In this document: positions 1 to 12,862 of the stretch, in pieces | Layout: every line of letters starts with the position of its first letter | Position numbering within the stretch: position 1 is the stretch's first letter | Assembly: GCA_036172245.1 (NCBI GenBank) | Contig: JAYWIR010000014.1 | Coordinates: forward strand, 558,001-622,000 | Direction of reading: 5' to 3' | Length of the DNA stretch: 64,000 nt | DNA from: Raillietiella orientalis | Taxonomy: Eukaryota | Position numbers and translations under genes: made by a program | Notes under the pieces: model-generated | Databases searched by the model: none | Seen by the model: the letters and a program-made list of their open reading frames with translations, nothing else | Told to the model about the DNA's origin: nothing

Positions 1-269
1 TCTCGTCCTCCTCACTGCCCTTCTCCGGGAGCCTGAGGCCATCAGGAGAGCGTCTCACGATGCCGTCCGCCTCTTCCGGGAAAAGACTGCAAAAGGACTG
101 CGGGAATGCCTCTTTTCCGACATTCAGCATTCTGTGAGGGATAACTACTGACCACCCCAACCTCACTCACTCCACCGCTTTTTACACTTCCGGGAAACGG
201 CTCCTCTCCCGCCTTCCGCGTGCAACCCACCCTCTAACTCTCTCTCCGACGTTCCCAAAGACCCTTATT

Positions 270-1500
270 GTGCTTGCCATCCCGTGTAGGCAGCTGTTGA
301 TGAAGCATGCCTGGTTCATCTCTCAGCACCTCGCTTTGGGCAAGTTGTCCCACGGCGCGGGGAATGCTGAACGGCTGGACCGTCCTCCTCCAAAGAAGGC
401 GGGTCTAAGGACAGCGCCCTTCGCATCTGATGAGGCTCTACAGAGGGTTCTTACAGATTTTTCTATCCTTTCCGCACTTGCGAATTTTCTTCTGTAAAGC
501 AACCTGAAGCGACTGATCTTCCCTCACTTCCCTCCTTCCTCTAATGATTGTGTCCATAACCAAGGAGCGGTTTCATGCTCGTAGTTCACGAAAAAAAATG
601 AAAAACACGAGACGACAGATCGAACCTCCATGCATCAATCACGAGACGGATGCAAATCTCCAAATGGATGCCGCAAGAGGTATTCGTCCGTCCTCGGTTT
701 TCCAACGGATTTTGCCGATTTCCCTCGATGGAAACTTCTCGGCTTGGTCGTTGAGGTCCTCTACCCAAGAGAGAGCTATCACTGCACTTTCGGCGAGAAA
801 GGCACCTCAAAGAAGGCTGTAAGTAGCTCGCTTGGAAGGCAGGGTGAGGGATCTCTGCAAATCTTCCATGGACCTCCGTACAAGAGACGGATAGGATTCG
901 ATAACGAAGTGGTGCCCTGTTAGCTAGCGGACTCAAAAGCTGCACCAAGCACTTCGGCTAGTGGTACAGTGCACAAACCTTCGGGACGTTCCTGAGAAAG
1001 AGCTGGTGGTTCCCCAAATATCCGTGTGGATTCCACCTGCTCGTGCCATCCTACTCGCTCTATCCCACAACGACGTTGTTCTTGAACTGGAAATCCTCAC
1101 GAAATCAGCGACGTTGCCAGCGGTCCTATGGGGATTCTCCCCTCCCCCTTCCGAATTGTGCCAGGCTCAGTAGAGCGAGGCAGGCCCGCGCCTCTTTCCT
1201 ACTGGCGTGCCGTGGGATAAGAGAAGCTACCTTCAGATCTCATGCGTTCGACCAACACGGTCTTGAACCTTACAAGGTGCTTGCTTGTGTCCCAAAGGCA
1301 GCCTATATGGTCACTCGCGGCACCATTCTCAACATTTTTCGAAGAGAGAAAAGTGCCAGAGATGCAAGGAGACCATAATTCTGGCGGCCACTCTGGTGCG
1401 CAGAGCCAGCAAGTGGTCTCTCTTCGCGGCGAAGAACAGAGAGTGCATCTTCTCCGTGATGGAACGTCTCAGAAGAGGAAGCACCGGACTCTGAGAATTC
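270..1500 (+). mobile_element. Decayed non-LTR retrotransposon 3' part, probably R2/NeSL-like (restriction-like endonuclease clade)
   Basis: Frameshifted peptide remnants: 'RQGEG..F', 'LSHNDVV' (resembles RH[DN]xV after the CCHC finger) and 'EK..KETIILAATLV..KWS', resembling the C-terminal REL endonuclease region. Many stops. Boundaries approximate. Confidence 0.45.
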
Positions 1501-2849
1501 CATTGCCTTCCCTCTTGAATACTTCTTGAATTCCCCAACTAATCATGTAGACTGTTTGTCTATTTATCTCTCCTCTTCTCTGTGCAAGAACCAGGCTCTC
1601 AGAGTAGAACTGTGAGCTGGCGTTTTCTTCGGCGAACCTCTCCGAGAAGGAAGCTCGCTTCCTTCATAACTGAATTCTCCTTGTTGCTCCTTCTTTCCTC
1701 TTTTTTTATTCCATCAGCAACTGGGCAACAAACCAAGAGACTCTGTGGCTACGAGCTTATACAACTATCACAGAATGCTCCCAGAAATGAGGAGAAGGCC
1801 GATTATCCTGCATATCTTTGTCGTCATCCTCTTAGTGGCAAAATTCAAAGCTTTTTTGCATGATGCTCTTATCTCCAATATATTGGAACCTCTGGGAGAA
1901 TTGTCCAAGAATGCTTACAGATGTGCTGCTCCTTTTCCCCACTGCTCTGCTTTATCGCTGGCTCCATGCTGAAGGACGAATTATGGGCCCGATGAATCAA
2001 CCTTCCCCAACTATCTACACCTCACGCCAGATGCGAAATCTATAAACGAGATTCCATCTCGAAAGGACTGGTGTAAGCTGGTGGACCACTGAGAACCGAT
2101 TGATCTCCCAGGCTTTAAAGAATGCCCAACGGCTCCTTCCTCTCCGAAACTCAAAAGGTTTAACTTCGGAAAGGAATGCCATCGTTTCGAGCGAAACAAA
2201 TGAACCGGGTTCAAAATGTGAAAAATTCTTTATGTTGACTCGTAGACATCCTTCCTCATACATCTGATAGGAATCCTCATCTGCTGTGTTCTGATTTCGG
2301 TCTTCTTCCCTTGATTTTTTTTCCTTATCCCTGAAAGAAGCTACTCCGTTTCCAGTTTTTCTCCAGGTGCGACAAGAGTGGGTTGAGTTTATGACAAAGC
2401 AGCATAAGAACAAACAGTACAGTTTTATTGAGAGACTTAAGTTTGCGTCACTGCGTTCACTTCGCAGTACACTGTACGGGAGTCATTTTTCAAGGACCTT
2501 TTGCACAGGGAAATCCTGAGACTTCCACGCATCTGAACCCTGTCCCCTATTTGTCTCAAAATTTACCAATGACCAGTAGAGGTCTTTCACACTTTATAAC
2601 ATATTTCTCTTTATTACTCCTCTCACAATGTCCATTGCTGGATCTGCACTTTTCTTTTTCCTCAGTACTGCTCTTCTATAACGATGCTTGTAATGAAGAG
2701 AACAATGAATGTTCTCACTATGGGATTGTATCGGGGAACATTGCCGTCCTCTTCAAGCAGTCCCTTCACGCTTTCCTATTTTGTTCTTGTCTGCAGACCT
2801 CTCACCTGTCTTGAGTGCTTTCCATTCTCGGAGTAGAGTTGGGCAGGTG

Positions 2850-5000
2850 AGAGCGTGAAGCTGGATTGCCTCGTTCTCATATACCATGCAGATCTCGTTT
2901 CGAATGTTATGAGTTCAGTTGCTCCCTTGAACCACTCAGGATCCCTCCATGGTAAAATAGGAGATCATTCTCAGTATCCGGTAGTAGGCCGTTCCTCCAG
3001 ACTGTTGCTTCAACTGCTCGCTGGTTTGCGTGCTGAAATCTCGACCCGACTGGCAGGCGTATCGAGAGCGTTGCCGTTCTTGGGTGTATGAAGGAATCCA
3101 TTGAGGATGTCAGCTTTGGCCATCAGAATCCACGCATTGGATGCCCGATTTTTTCTAAGCTTACGCATCCTGTGGGTTTTACCATTTCCGTGCATCGCAA
3201 CAGCCGCATCTGATGGCCGTTACCACTGGTGAAGAACTGTTCGCAGTCACTGATGATCTGTCTGGACCTTCGATGCATCCATTGCCACGTCTCCTTTAGA
3301 ACGCGAACGAAGAGAATAGTCACCAAAGTCAGCTCTTCTGTGCAGATTTCCTAGTTGTAAGACACCATTTTGAATCGGTAAGTCCTCACCAGTGCCTGAT
3401 TCCTTTTTCAGATGAAATCAATGTTCAGTCACTCTCCTGCTTTGTCTGTGAGGGTCGGCATTAGGCGAGTTGTTAAACAATTTCGAGGAGACTCTTTAAG
3501 CCTCAAACGGCAACTCTTCCCAGTCCTCAGCGAGTTTTAGGAGATGCTGCGCATCCATGGTTTCCACGAAGTGTCCCAATAACTTCATCTTAGTCTCACC
3601 GTTTTCTAGAGAGCGGCACAACAGTTTGAGCCTTACTCGCGGTTTAAATTCAATTCACAGTAATTTCCTCTGCAACTTTGCTACTTCCATTCGGATCTCC
3701 TTGTGCGTTCGACGGAAAGCCATTTCGCAAAGCACCTTGGAAGTAGAACGCTATTCTACAAGTTGACTCTTTGCTGCATACTGAAATCGACGCGCTGCAC
3801 CCTCTCTTGTTTTCCCTAGAATTTCTTTCCACAAAGTCAGCGACGCCGACGCATTGCCGACATGGATTCCTGGGTATTTGATCTGGTTTATCACTCGAAA
3901 TTCCCTCTCCGTTAACGTGGAGGGATCCCGGATTCCGGGCGGCAAAAGCTGAAACTCCTGAACTCTGATCTTGATCTAGTCCCTTCTCCATCATTCCGAC
4001 TACTTCCAGGAATCCTTTTAACCCTTCAAGAAAAAGAGAAGATCGTCCTCATAGTTGTGATGAAGCAGTCTGTTCTCTTCAATAGAAGTCCTTGGAGACA
4101 ACCGCCTCTTTCGATCATCGACGACACTGTCTCCATGTAGATCACAGACAGTAAAGGACTGAGGGTTGTCGCCTTGACGGACTCCTCTATCCATGAGAAT
4201 TGCTCCTGTGTCTTTTTCCTTGATCGAAATCTTCAAAAAAGATCGAAAGTGCTGCTCTTCGAGTATCGTCTTCACGTACTGGCTGAAGTATCTTGGGAAG
4301 CTCAGTTTCTTCAGCAGCATCTCGTGGTCCGCGGTGTTCATATCGACGAAACCTTCTCCATGCTTGAGGTCCATGGAATCTATATCCATGAACCCCGACA
4401 CCAGGTCTTCGCCGACGTGCTGGCTGTAACTGTGACTGCCTGGGTCACTTCACTTTTAGTTTAGTGCTGTAATGAGATTTCTTGTTGTCTATGCCTCGCC
4501 AGAACATTTACGATGATGAAACCACAGGTCCATTTAATGAAGGTGCAAGGAGTGTTGGTAAGAGTAGCCACTATTTCCGTCCTTCAGCTGAAATCACTAC
4601 GAAAGACTTGGCCTTTGGGCAAAAGAAATGCTTGAACGATCATCTCTCCATTTTTTCTGCACCTATTTTTCTCTTTTCCCTTTCCACCTTCTCAAAGCGG
4701 CCAGTAGACTGTTTACACAACAGCAGCTTCCCACTAGTGTTAAACATATTGTAGGACCTGAGGTCATAATAATGTTGTTTACTGATTACAATGAAAACTT
4801 CGGTAGAACCGGATTCAAAACCTATCACCTCCCTATGAAAATCTCGGAACGATCATCTAAAGGATCACGAACATATGTCAGGCCTGAAATCATATCATCG
4901 ACGATTGCAGTCGTTAGTCACAACACCTCTTGATGAACTGTCTCTGAAGATTATTTCCAAACAGTTTTTCCAAACAGTTCTGGGGGCAACGCTTACAAAA
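2850..5000 (-). mobile_element. Decayed LINE (non-LTR reverse transcriptase)
   Basis: ORF 4018-4401(-) contains the RT motifs 'GVRQGD(NP)' and 'HHNYEDDLLFF' (YADD equivalent). Flanking frames are broken. Boundaries approximate. Confidence 0.75.
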
Positions 5001-8000
5001 TTGCAGATTCTTTTCAGCTCGGCACTGCAAAGGGCATTTCGATAGGCGGTACAATTTGATCGCTTCAAAATTCATGCATCACTATGGAAATCAAGCAGAC
5101 CGGTGTCAGCAAAGGTCTGTACTATGAAACCCGCTTCTTCCTTTTTTCTTCTTTACATGTTGATTTGCCATTCGTTTTTTTGATCCGACATTTCTGATCC
5201 TGCTTGCCGCACCCGTTTCTCATGAACAGTTCCCACCGACCCGCGAAACACGCTCAAAGGAAAGAAGGTTGCGCACCTCCGATAGCACGGCATCAGCATT
5301 TCACTGGGCTGCTGCTCTCGCCCAAAAAGCTTCCTTCGGTGCGAAAAGAGGAACCGTGTGACTCTGTTAAAGTCTCAGGAGGTGCACAAGTCCGCGATTT
5401 TCTTCCGTCACCTGAAGATGGACCAACTCGGTTTCAAGTTTCGACTGAAGGTTCCCTCGCAACGTAGCTGGGATCGAAACATGCCTATTGGTACGAAAAA
5501 TGTGCGGATTTTCAAAATGAGGATGGAGGAGAAGGTAGAAATGGACTTGGCAATGCTACATAGGTGAAGTATCCCAGTTTCTAAGGAAGTTCTATGTTTT
5601 TTAAAGAAATGCGCCATTTCTTAGGGAAGGATATCATCAACTGGGCAAGTCTGTGCATGTAGTCACAGGTAAATGACGACAGTCCCCAAGTCTGTACGGA
5701 CAAGAACAAAGTTTGCAGGCTGAAAGATGGATACTCCTGTTTACTCATCTTTTCGTACAGAATGCGCATTTAGCAGAGACGGTGTATTTGTTTCCCATGC
5801 GTTTAGCAGAAGTTTTCCAAGACCCGCATTCGAAAGAATCCCTCATCTGTATTTTATAAACAGACAAATACTCAGATACTCAAGATAAAAGGTTTTCATG
5901 GCTCAATCACGCGGAGAACAAAAAAAGTGACCTCCGGATTTCAGAAATCAAAATGGCAAAAACAGGAGTAAATACAGAGCATCGACATTGAAGCATCCGT
6001 ACACTTTATGCAGAAAAGATTGGGAACCTGGAGCCATCAAGTCTAATTATCAAGTCTGCTATTTCAGAAGAATCCGACATCTGAAAAGGCAAAATGTGGA
6101 ATTCCCTGAGGCTAGAAGGCAGAAAGAAGAAGAGTACCACACGAATATTTTAATCTTGGTATGTTTTGGTATTTCTGAAAATCCTGGAAAAAAAATCGGC
6201 TTAGAAGAATTCCAAAGTTGGTGTGGAGTCCCCTTCTGTGGGAATCTTCACCAAAGAAACTCTTCCACGGAGAAAAGGCAAGGCACTTGAAGAGAGCAGG
6301 CAAGATACTTGAAACAGTAGACGTCTTTTCGAGTGCTCTTTATATGGCTGATTTTGGATCCGTGACCAAACTCAGATCAAAGCGTAAGGAGGGTGGAGGA
6401 ATGGTTACTCGGAAAGAGCAGGATACAACAATCTCATCGGAGCGATGGTACATCCTGATCCCTGCCTCATAACTTCTTAGTTTTCAGGTCCAGTAGATTT
6501 TTACACCTTCATATAATGGAAAAACTGAATTGCCTTCCTGTTGATGATGCCATAATTGGGGAAAATGGGAAAGCAGCATGGCATGAATATTCATGGCACA
6601 GTTCCGTAAAAGGGGGCAGACAGCTCTCAGCTACGGTGCCTCAGCCAGGTATCACGTGAAGAAACGAACTCTCCTACAGAAGTAGGACAATAAAAGTTAA
6701 ATGAGTAAATCAATGGAGGGTCATGAATGAAAGAAGTTCAGATACTCTATGTGCACAAAAAATATTCGATAAGTCTTGTTTAACTAACTGTAACTGTAAA
6801 GATATACCGAAATGATGTATCTGTCACACAAACAAACTATATAAACGAAAATAAAACAGATATCTCTAAAGCTTAAGAAAAAGCCAAAGATAATTGGAAA
6901 AGCCGAAGGCAGCAACAAATGACCTTTCTGAAATTAGAGCCATAAATTGTGCTCACTTCGATTTCTTTCAAGTTTTGCAGAGAGGTTTGGACACTCTGTA
7001 GCATCAACAAATGGAGTAGCTGCATCCCCAAATTTGAGGATCAGAATCACCTCAAATCGTCCGCCAGTTTTGGAAACCCTCACGCAACACTTTAGTTATC
7101 AAGACTCCATAGGATGACTCCCTTGCTCACCTTCATTAGCAAATTTCCGTACCTTCTTGCTGCTTGCTCCAGCTGATCTGGTAAACTATGGTCTCAACAG
7201 TTGAGAAGTGTTCCTATAATAATAGCAAGATATGCACTCATATGGTTTCAAACACGAATCGTTCAAATGAGAGACAGTCAATTTACAACTTACTTACCGT
7301 TGCGTTTCATTTCGTTGACCAGTATCATTCAGAAACAGAGGTCTTAGGACAACTCACGGGAGCTCACATAGCCTCTCAAGGTCCAAGTATGAAACTCGAT
7401 GGCTTACAAGCTGATGAAACGCTGCTCATAGCAGGAGCTCCCTGTGTAACATCAAGCAGTCAGGAGTCGATCCACCAAGTGATTTAAAGTAAGCAGTGAG
7501 AGAGAGTAACCAGAATTTGTTTGTTGCGAAAGTGGAAAAGAACCAGGAAAAAGGTCCTGTGTCCTAAGGCTGTTGATCTTTCGACTCGCGAACGGCACAA
7601 ATTAGTATCTCTACATTTGGATGGAGTGAAGTGAGCGAGACAAGGTCTCTAAATGCAGGAACTAAAAGCATGTGAATCAAGGCACGAAGCATGCATTTAA
7701 TAAGTGGCAGTAGGAGCACAAAGGAGAAATGTGCATTTCCCAGCATTCCTCGATGAGCTATTCCCACTAACACAAAGACATGAATTCATAGCGTATTTAA
7801 ATTTTTGTGTCTGTGTGAATTTTATGTTGGCCTTTGGAGTCGATCAGTCACCTGTTATATCTCAAAGTACCATTCAGTCGTAGAAAGGTTTGGGAAACAA
7901 AGAAACACGGAACCGAGAGAATTAGAAGGACGTGAGATTCACAACGCGATCCCGAATCCTCTTTAAGGCGTAAGCCCTTTGGTGACGCACTACACGCTGG

Positions 8001-8699
8001 CTTGTTACGCGGGGCATAGAATAAACCGATCCTAACTTCGAAGAAACATTTTAGTGCAGCCGGCGGTGATGCATGAGTAGGTCGATCGCTCCGGTTTCAC
8101 AGTGCAACCAGGTGCGTGCTCGCTGATTTAACGAGAGGAGGGAAAACATTTCGAAACCCCACTGCAGTCTGTTTGCACCCACACCTTAGTCACCTGGAAC
8201 AGCTCTCCTTGAACCTGCATGATCCCCACTCGAATGACGACATCTTTCAAAGTGAAACTGGCGAGGATTCTCCGTGGGAGGAACAACATATGAGATGATT
8301 TTAAGTGACGCGCGCGGGTGATCTCTCTAGAGCCAATATCTGAAACTTTTCCCTCCACAGCACTGTTGCAAATTAGGGGTAAACTCTCTGCTTTTCTCAC
8401 ATCGCAGCGTTCTTCTTGGGGACGCGAATGCATTGTGACTAACCCGTAGGAGCACCCACCAGCAAACGCACTGGAACTTGAGCATTTCAGTCTTCTGCGT
8501 TTCATTAATGTTATTTGTCTGAATGGACCCCCAGGCCTACGAAATAGAAAAGAGTTTTCTTTCTTTTCATGTCCATATTCTTTTTTTGGATAGGATTGGT
8601 GTGACCTCACATTCTGTTTTTCGAAACATTTTCCGCTTCTTAGAGGGACATTCGCACAGCAAGTGCAGCATCGTTGCTTTCATCTATAAAGATTAAACT

Positions 8700-10300
8700 G
8701 GATTTTTACAGGGGGGAGGAGAGAAGATTCACCCAAGCTCCTTTAGAGCTGAGTTTTAATCGAATCATTCCGTCTACTTTCTCAGGGAGCCATCTTCAAT
8801 GTCGAATAGAAGGTGGTTCTTTTTGTCAGCTCCTAAATGACTGTTCTATCTCTTGTCCCTTTGTATCGCCGAAAATCTATGCAAGAATGGAATTGCATCT
8901 CGTTGGTTCAGCTCTACCTGGTTTTTGCTCTTGCGTTACCTGCAAATGCTCTATCCCCGCTGATCCGTATGCTTTTGTTTCTGACATCTTCAGCTAGACG
9001 GGAAAGAGAAAAAACGCAGCTACTGAGGTGAATTTTGACAAAGCACTGAGAATTTTTTATTGGACTTCACAGTGCCATTCATTTCCTCACGTCCTCTTCT
9101 GGAAATCCTGAGTGGACGTCATACTCTCAGCTTAGTCCAACAAAAAAGAATTGAAGTTCAGTTTTTTCATGGTAACTCAGCAGCAAGTGCGAAGATCGAA
9201 TCTATTTATAAAGGTTCAGTTGAATTACCTTTGGTATATCAAATCAGGCATATCAAAGAAATCACCTTGGGTAATCATTGAAATTCGAGAAATTCAGAAA
9301 CCGACAGTCAGCAGATGGCCAAAACGGCAGTCACATTTTGTTGAAGTGCTTGTGATTGTCAAGTGATTGCTCTGTTGGTTCTGTGACGTAATACATATTG
9401 CTTGTGAATGTTGGACATTTCGCCGCTTGCTCCTCTCTTTCTATTAGATTCTCTTCAACAAAACCCATGGATGATTGGATGTCTATAACTCATTACGTAC
9501 AAGCACGGCTAACGGACAAGCAGAGTTTTGTGGATGGTGCCATTTCGAAAGACTGTAGCGGTAGCAACTCTCTTACAGGCCAGTAACGCACATGAGTATT
9601 AAAGCTAAGCTGTTTCCATTTTAACTGTGATGGTCATGTGTAGTTCGTATTCCATTTATCCAATCCTCATAATCCCTGATTTTATTCCCCCTCCCTAAAG
9701 TGGCCTTCCTCCGCATAATGTTTTTTCAGATAATTAATTTCATCAGGCAAATGATTCCCTGATTAAGCTTGAAAATGAATCCAATTTCACTTTTTGTCGT
9801 AATTTGAAGTGAGGAGCTCGTTTGCATGCAATGCAAGCAATTGATGACCTGTAGTGCTCCGAAACGGTCTCAGCTACTCCCGACACCAATATGACAAGCA
9901 ACTTCAGTTTTCACTCCATTCCATCATGTACAATGCACGTGTCTGGAGGCAACCTCACAGCTAATTAATTTCCCCACTGAGGGTGGGGACATTTTTGAAT
10001 ATTCCAAGTCTTCACTTTCACCAAACAGCAAAGAAAGGAAAATCGAATCTTGGGATAATTATTTCTGCGTTGATCCAAAAGAAAGCATTTCTGTCAATCA
10101 TTTCCTTGATATTGTCTTTGAATCAATTTTCTGCCTCTGTGTCTATGTGGCGTCACTATCACTGGACTTGCAATTTTATTCAATTGGCTGGTCGACCTAC
10201 AAACAACGACTGCTCCTAAGATGAAAATTACCTGAAAACCTGCTTGTCGTGTTATGCTGTTTTCACAGATTTTTTGTTATCTTTGGTTTTTGCCTCTGTA
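8700..10300 (-). mobile_element. Highly decayed LINE-like RT relic (RTE-like?)
   Basis: Minus-strand remnants 'QAGF..QVIFIL' (~10240) and 'KGNSTEPL*ID..LRTCC' (~9200) resemble QAGFR..DQIF and TEPF.I..GLRQGC. Weak. Confidence 0.3.
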
Positions 10301-12707
10301 TTTTTTGAGAAATTGAGATATTCCATTACTTTTTCGCAACTTGATTTTCTTGATTGACTCTTTATTCTGCATTCAGTTGATTGCAATGGCTTCAAATATC
10401 TAAGTCATGCGGAATATGAAAAATGCATTCTAAAAATTTATTTCTTGACGTTTCGGTTATCTTCCAAACATTAGAAATACTTATATCAATTTAAATTCTT
10501 ATTACGATTATGTAACTGTTTACTAATCTTAAACTGGAGTCCAATTCGGCAAATATGGCCACCAAATTGTAGTCTTCGAAAGGCATCCTTCATCGAAGAT
10601 TAGCAGACAATTTGCTCATTTAGTAGGAAATAATCAAATCATTTACGTACCAGGCTTAAGTCTTTGTTTTTCCTGCTTCTAAATTATTGAGCTTTTAATT
10701 TCTGAAACCATGTCTCATAAGTTCCCTATCAAGGTTGATTCAGTTGCCTATGATAATACCCATGTCTACATATACTGAAAAATGCTTGTTTAACTTTTTG
10801 AACCACATGATAAGCTTTCATGGTTTCATATTTTCAGGTTGATTTTGAATCATCTCCTACTTTTCTCATATGAGCTTCCGCATGCTCTCATCTTCAGAGA
10901 AATGTTACCCTTACACATCCAGAATTCCTTTTTTCCTTTTCGAATTAATTTTATCTTTCGGTTCCACTCAAATTATTCAGCAAAATTTAAATATGAGGTA
11001 ACACTTACTAGTGCCCTAAGCGGATCGTGCGATATTGAATTACCATATCTGTTGATTTTCCCATCCTCATTTAGCTCCTGAATCTCTGAAGTATTGTTCA
11101 TCTACATCTTGAGTATGGATATATATAGTGTATATACAGTGTTTTTTAAAACAAGAAAAAGTTTGCTTTCTGTGTGGCGTTTTAACATGACTTCAGAAGG
11201 ACTTATTATACAATTAGATCCATCAGTTTTCTCATAAATTGTCATTTTCTCATTGCAAATAACATTTTTGGATTATGCATCATGATGAAATTATTGAAAT
11301 TACTGTTTGCGATGGTTCAAAGACAACCATTTTATTACAGTAAAGTTGTCACGTTCCTAGTAAAAACCAGTGTTAAGATGCAAAAAATGTTTTCTAGAAA
11401 TTTGCTTTTCATCATCTTTGTGGGCTAACTATGATGCTGTTTTGTTTGTTAAATGCATCCGGACGTCTCCATACTTAGAAGATGATCCATACTGAAATCA
11501 CCGCTAAATGTATACTTGCGAATATTTGTCCATTCTTATCACAATTTCAGATGAGGTGGAAGGAAAACATTGAAGCACTTAGAGTACAAATCAATGAGTT
11601 TGCTGACTGACTAACTACTGATTATTTGAAATGAATGTGGCATCAACGTCTTAACTTGAAAATTCTGTTTCTTATTTTATGTATGTTCTTAATGTATGCC
11701 ATTATTTCCTTTACTTATTTAGCTTCATCCTTTATGTATCCTGCTAAGTCTTTTACATACAAATTATATTTCAGGGTAATAGTGGAGTAATCTTTTATCT
11801 TCTCTTTCATTCTTTGCTCTTCAAGAATCAGTTTTATTAGCGATCTCTTCATGTCTTTTGAAGTTCCCTTTTACATCAATACTTTCAGATACCTTCTGTT
11901 GTCAACTTTTGTAAAGATTCAAATTTCATCTCTTTACTTATATGGAAATACATACTTATTGAGTAGATCTGCAGTGTCCGTTCATGAACTTTTAATGCGG
12001 AGTGCAATATGGGTATTATGCTTTTCAATTTGGATGGAATCGAAAATTAGTATGAAGCTGGCTTCTTGTATTCAGTGCGTAGTAGCGTTCAACATTTTAT
12101 CCACTTCATGATGATCTTTATTTTATTCAACTTCATGTGATTTAATGAAAAGGCATGAGCTAATAGAATGTTATTATAATTATTTTTTTGAGAACGAAAC
12201 TAATCAATAATATGAATTAAATCATCTTTATTTACATACTTGTAAGGTTATATTCTATTCTTTGGAATGAAAATAGTGAAATGCATTTGATAATTCGAAT
12301 TCTGATAAAATCATCTTTTATTTTAATGGAATGTTCGATGTGTTAACTCATTTTGCAAAATCTTGTTAAGGATTAGCAGTATATCGGACACCAGCTCTTA
12401 GCTTTGCTTCCACTGTTGATTGCTCCCTAAAATCAATAATATGCATATCTAGGTTGCTATTATCAAGTCTAAATAAATATATGAACATGAAGTAAATTGG
12501 TTAATGAAAGATACGCAAGGGCTTCAGCTTTCGGTGAATGTCTATAGATTTGGATACTTTTTTCTCAAATTGACAATTATTTTCAGATAACAGGTTGAAA
12601 TTATAATTATTTAGTTAACACCAATGATTTATTTCTAAATTTATTTTCTAGTTCTCGTTATTTTGATTTTTTTTCGTTATGCAATTTGTGCTATTTTACC
12701 CCTCTCC

Positions 12708-12723
12708 TAGCGCTATCTAGTGC
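12708..12723 (-). promoter_or_regulatory. CTCF-like motif upstream of NUP188
   Basis: GCACTAGATAGCGCTA on the - strand is 2 mismatches from the CCACTAGATGGCGCTA-type consensus. It sits about 80 nt upstream of a likely 5'UTR exon end (12805) and a 47-nt UTR intron (12806-12852). Confidence 0.35.
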
Positions 12724-12862
12724 TTTCGTGTTGAAATTAATTAAAATTTCTTGATTTGGTATTACTGATTTAAAAGTTTTGCCTGATTCAAAAGAACTTT
12801 CTCAGGTATGTATACATGCAAGATATAAACTTTACATTGAATGAAATTAAAGTACTTAGAAG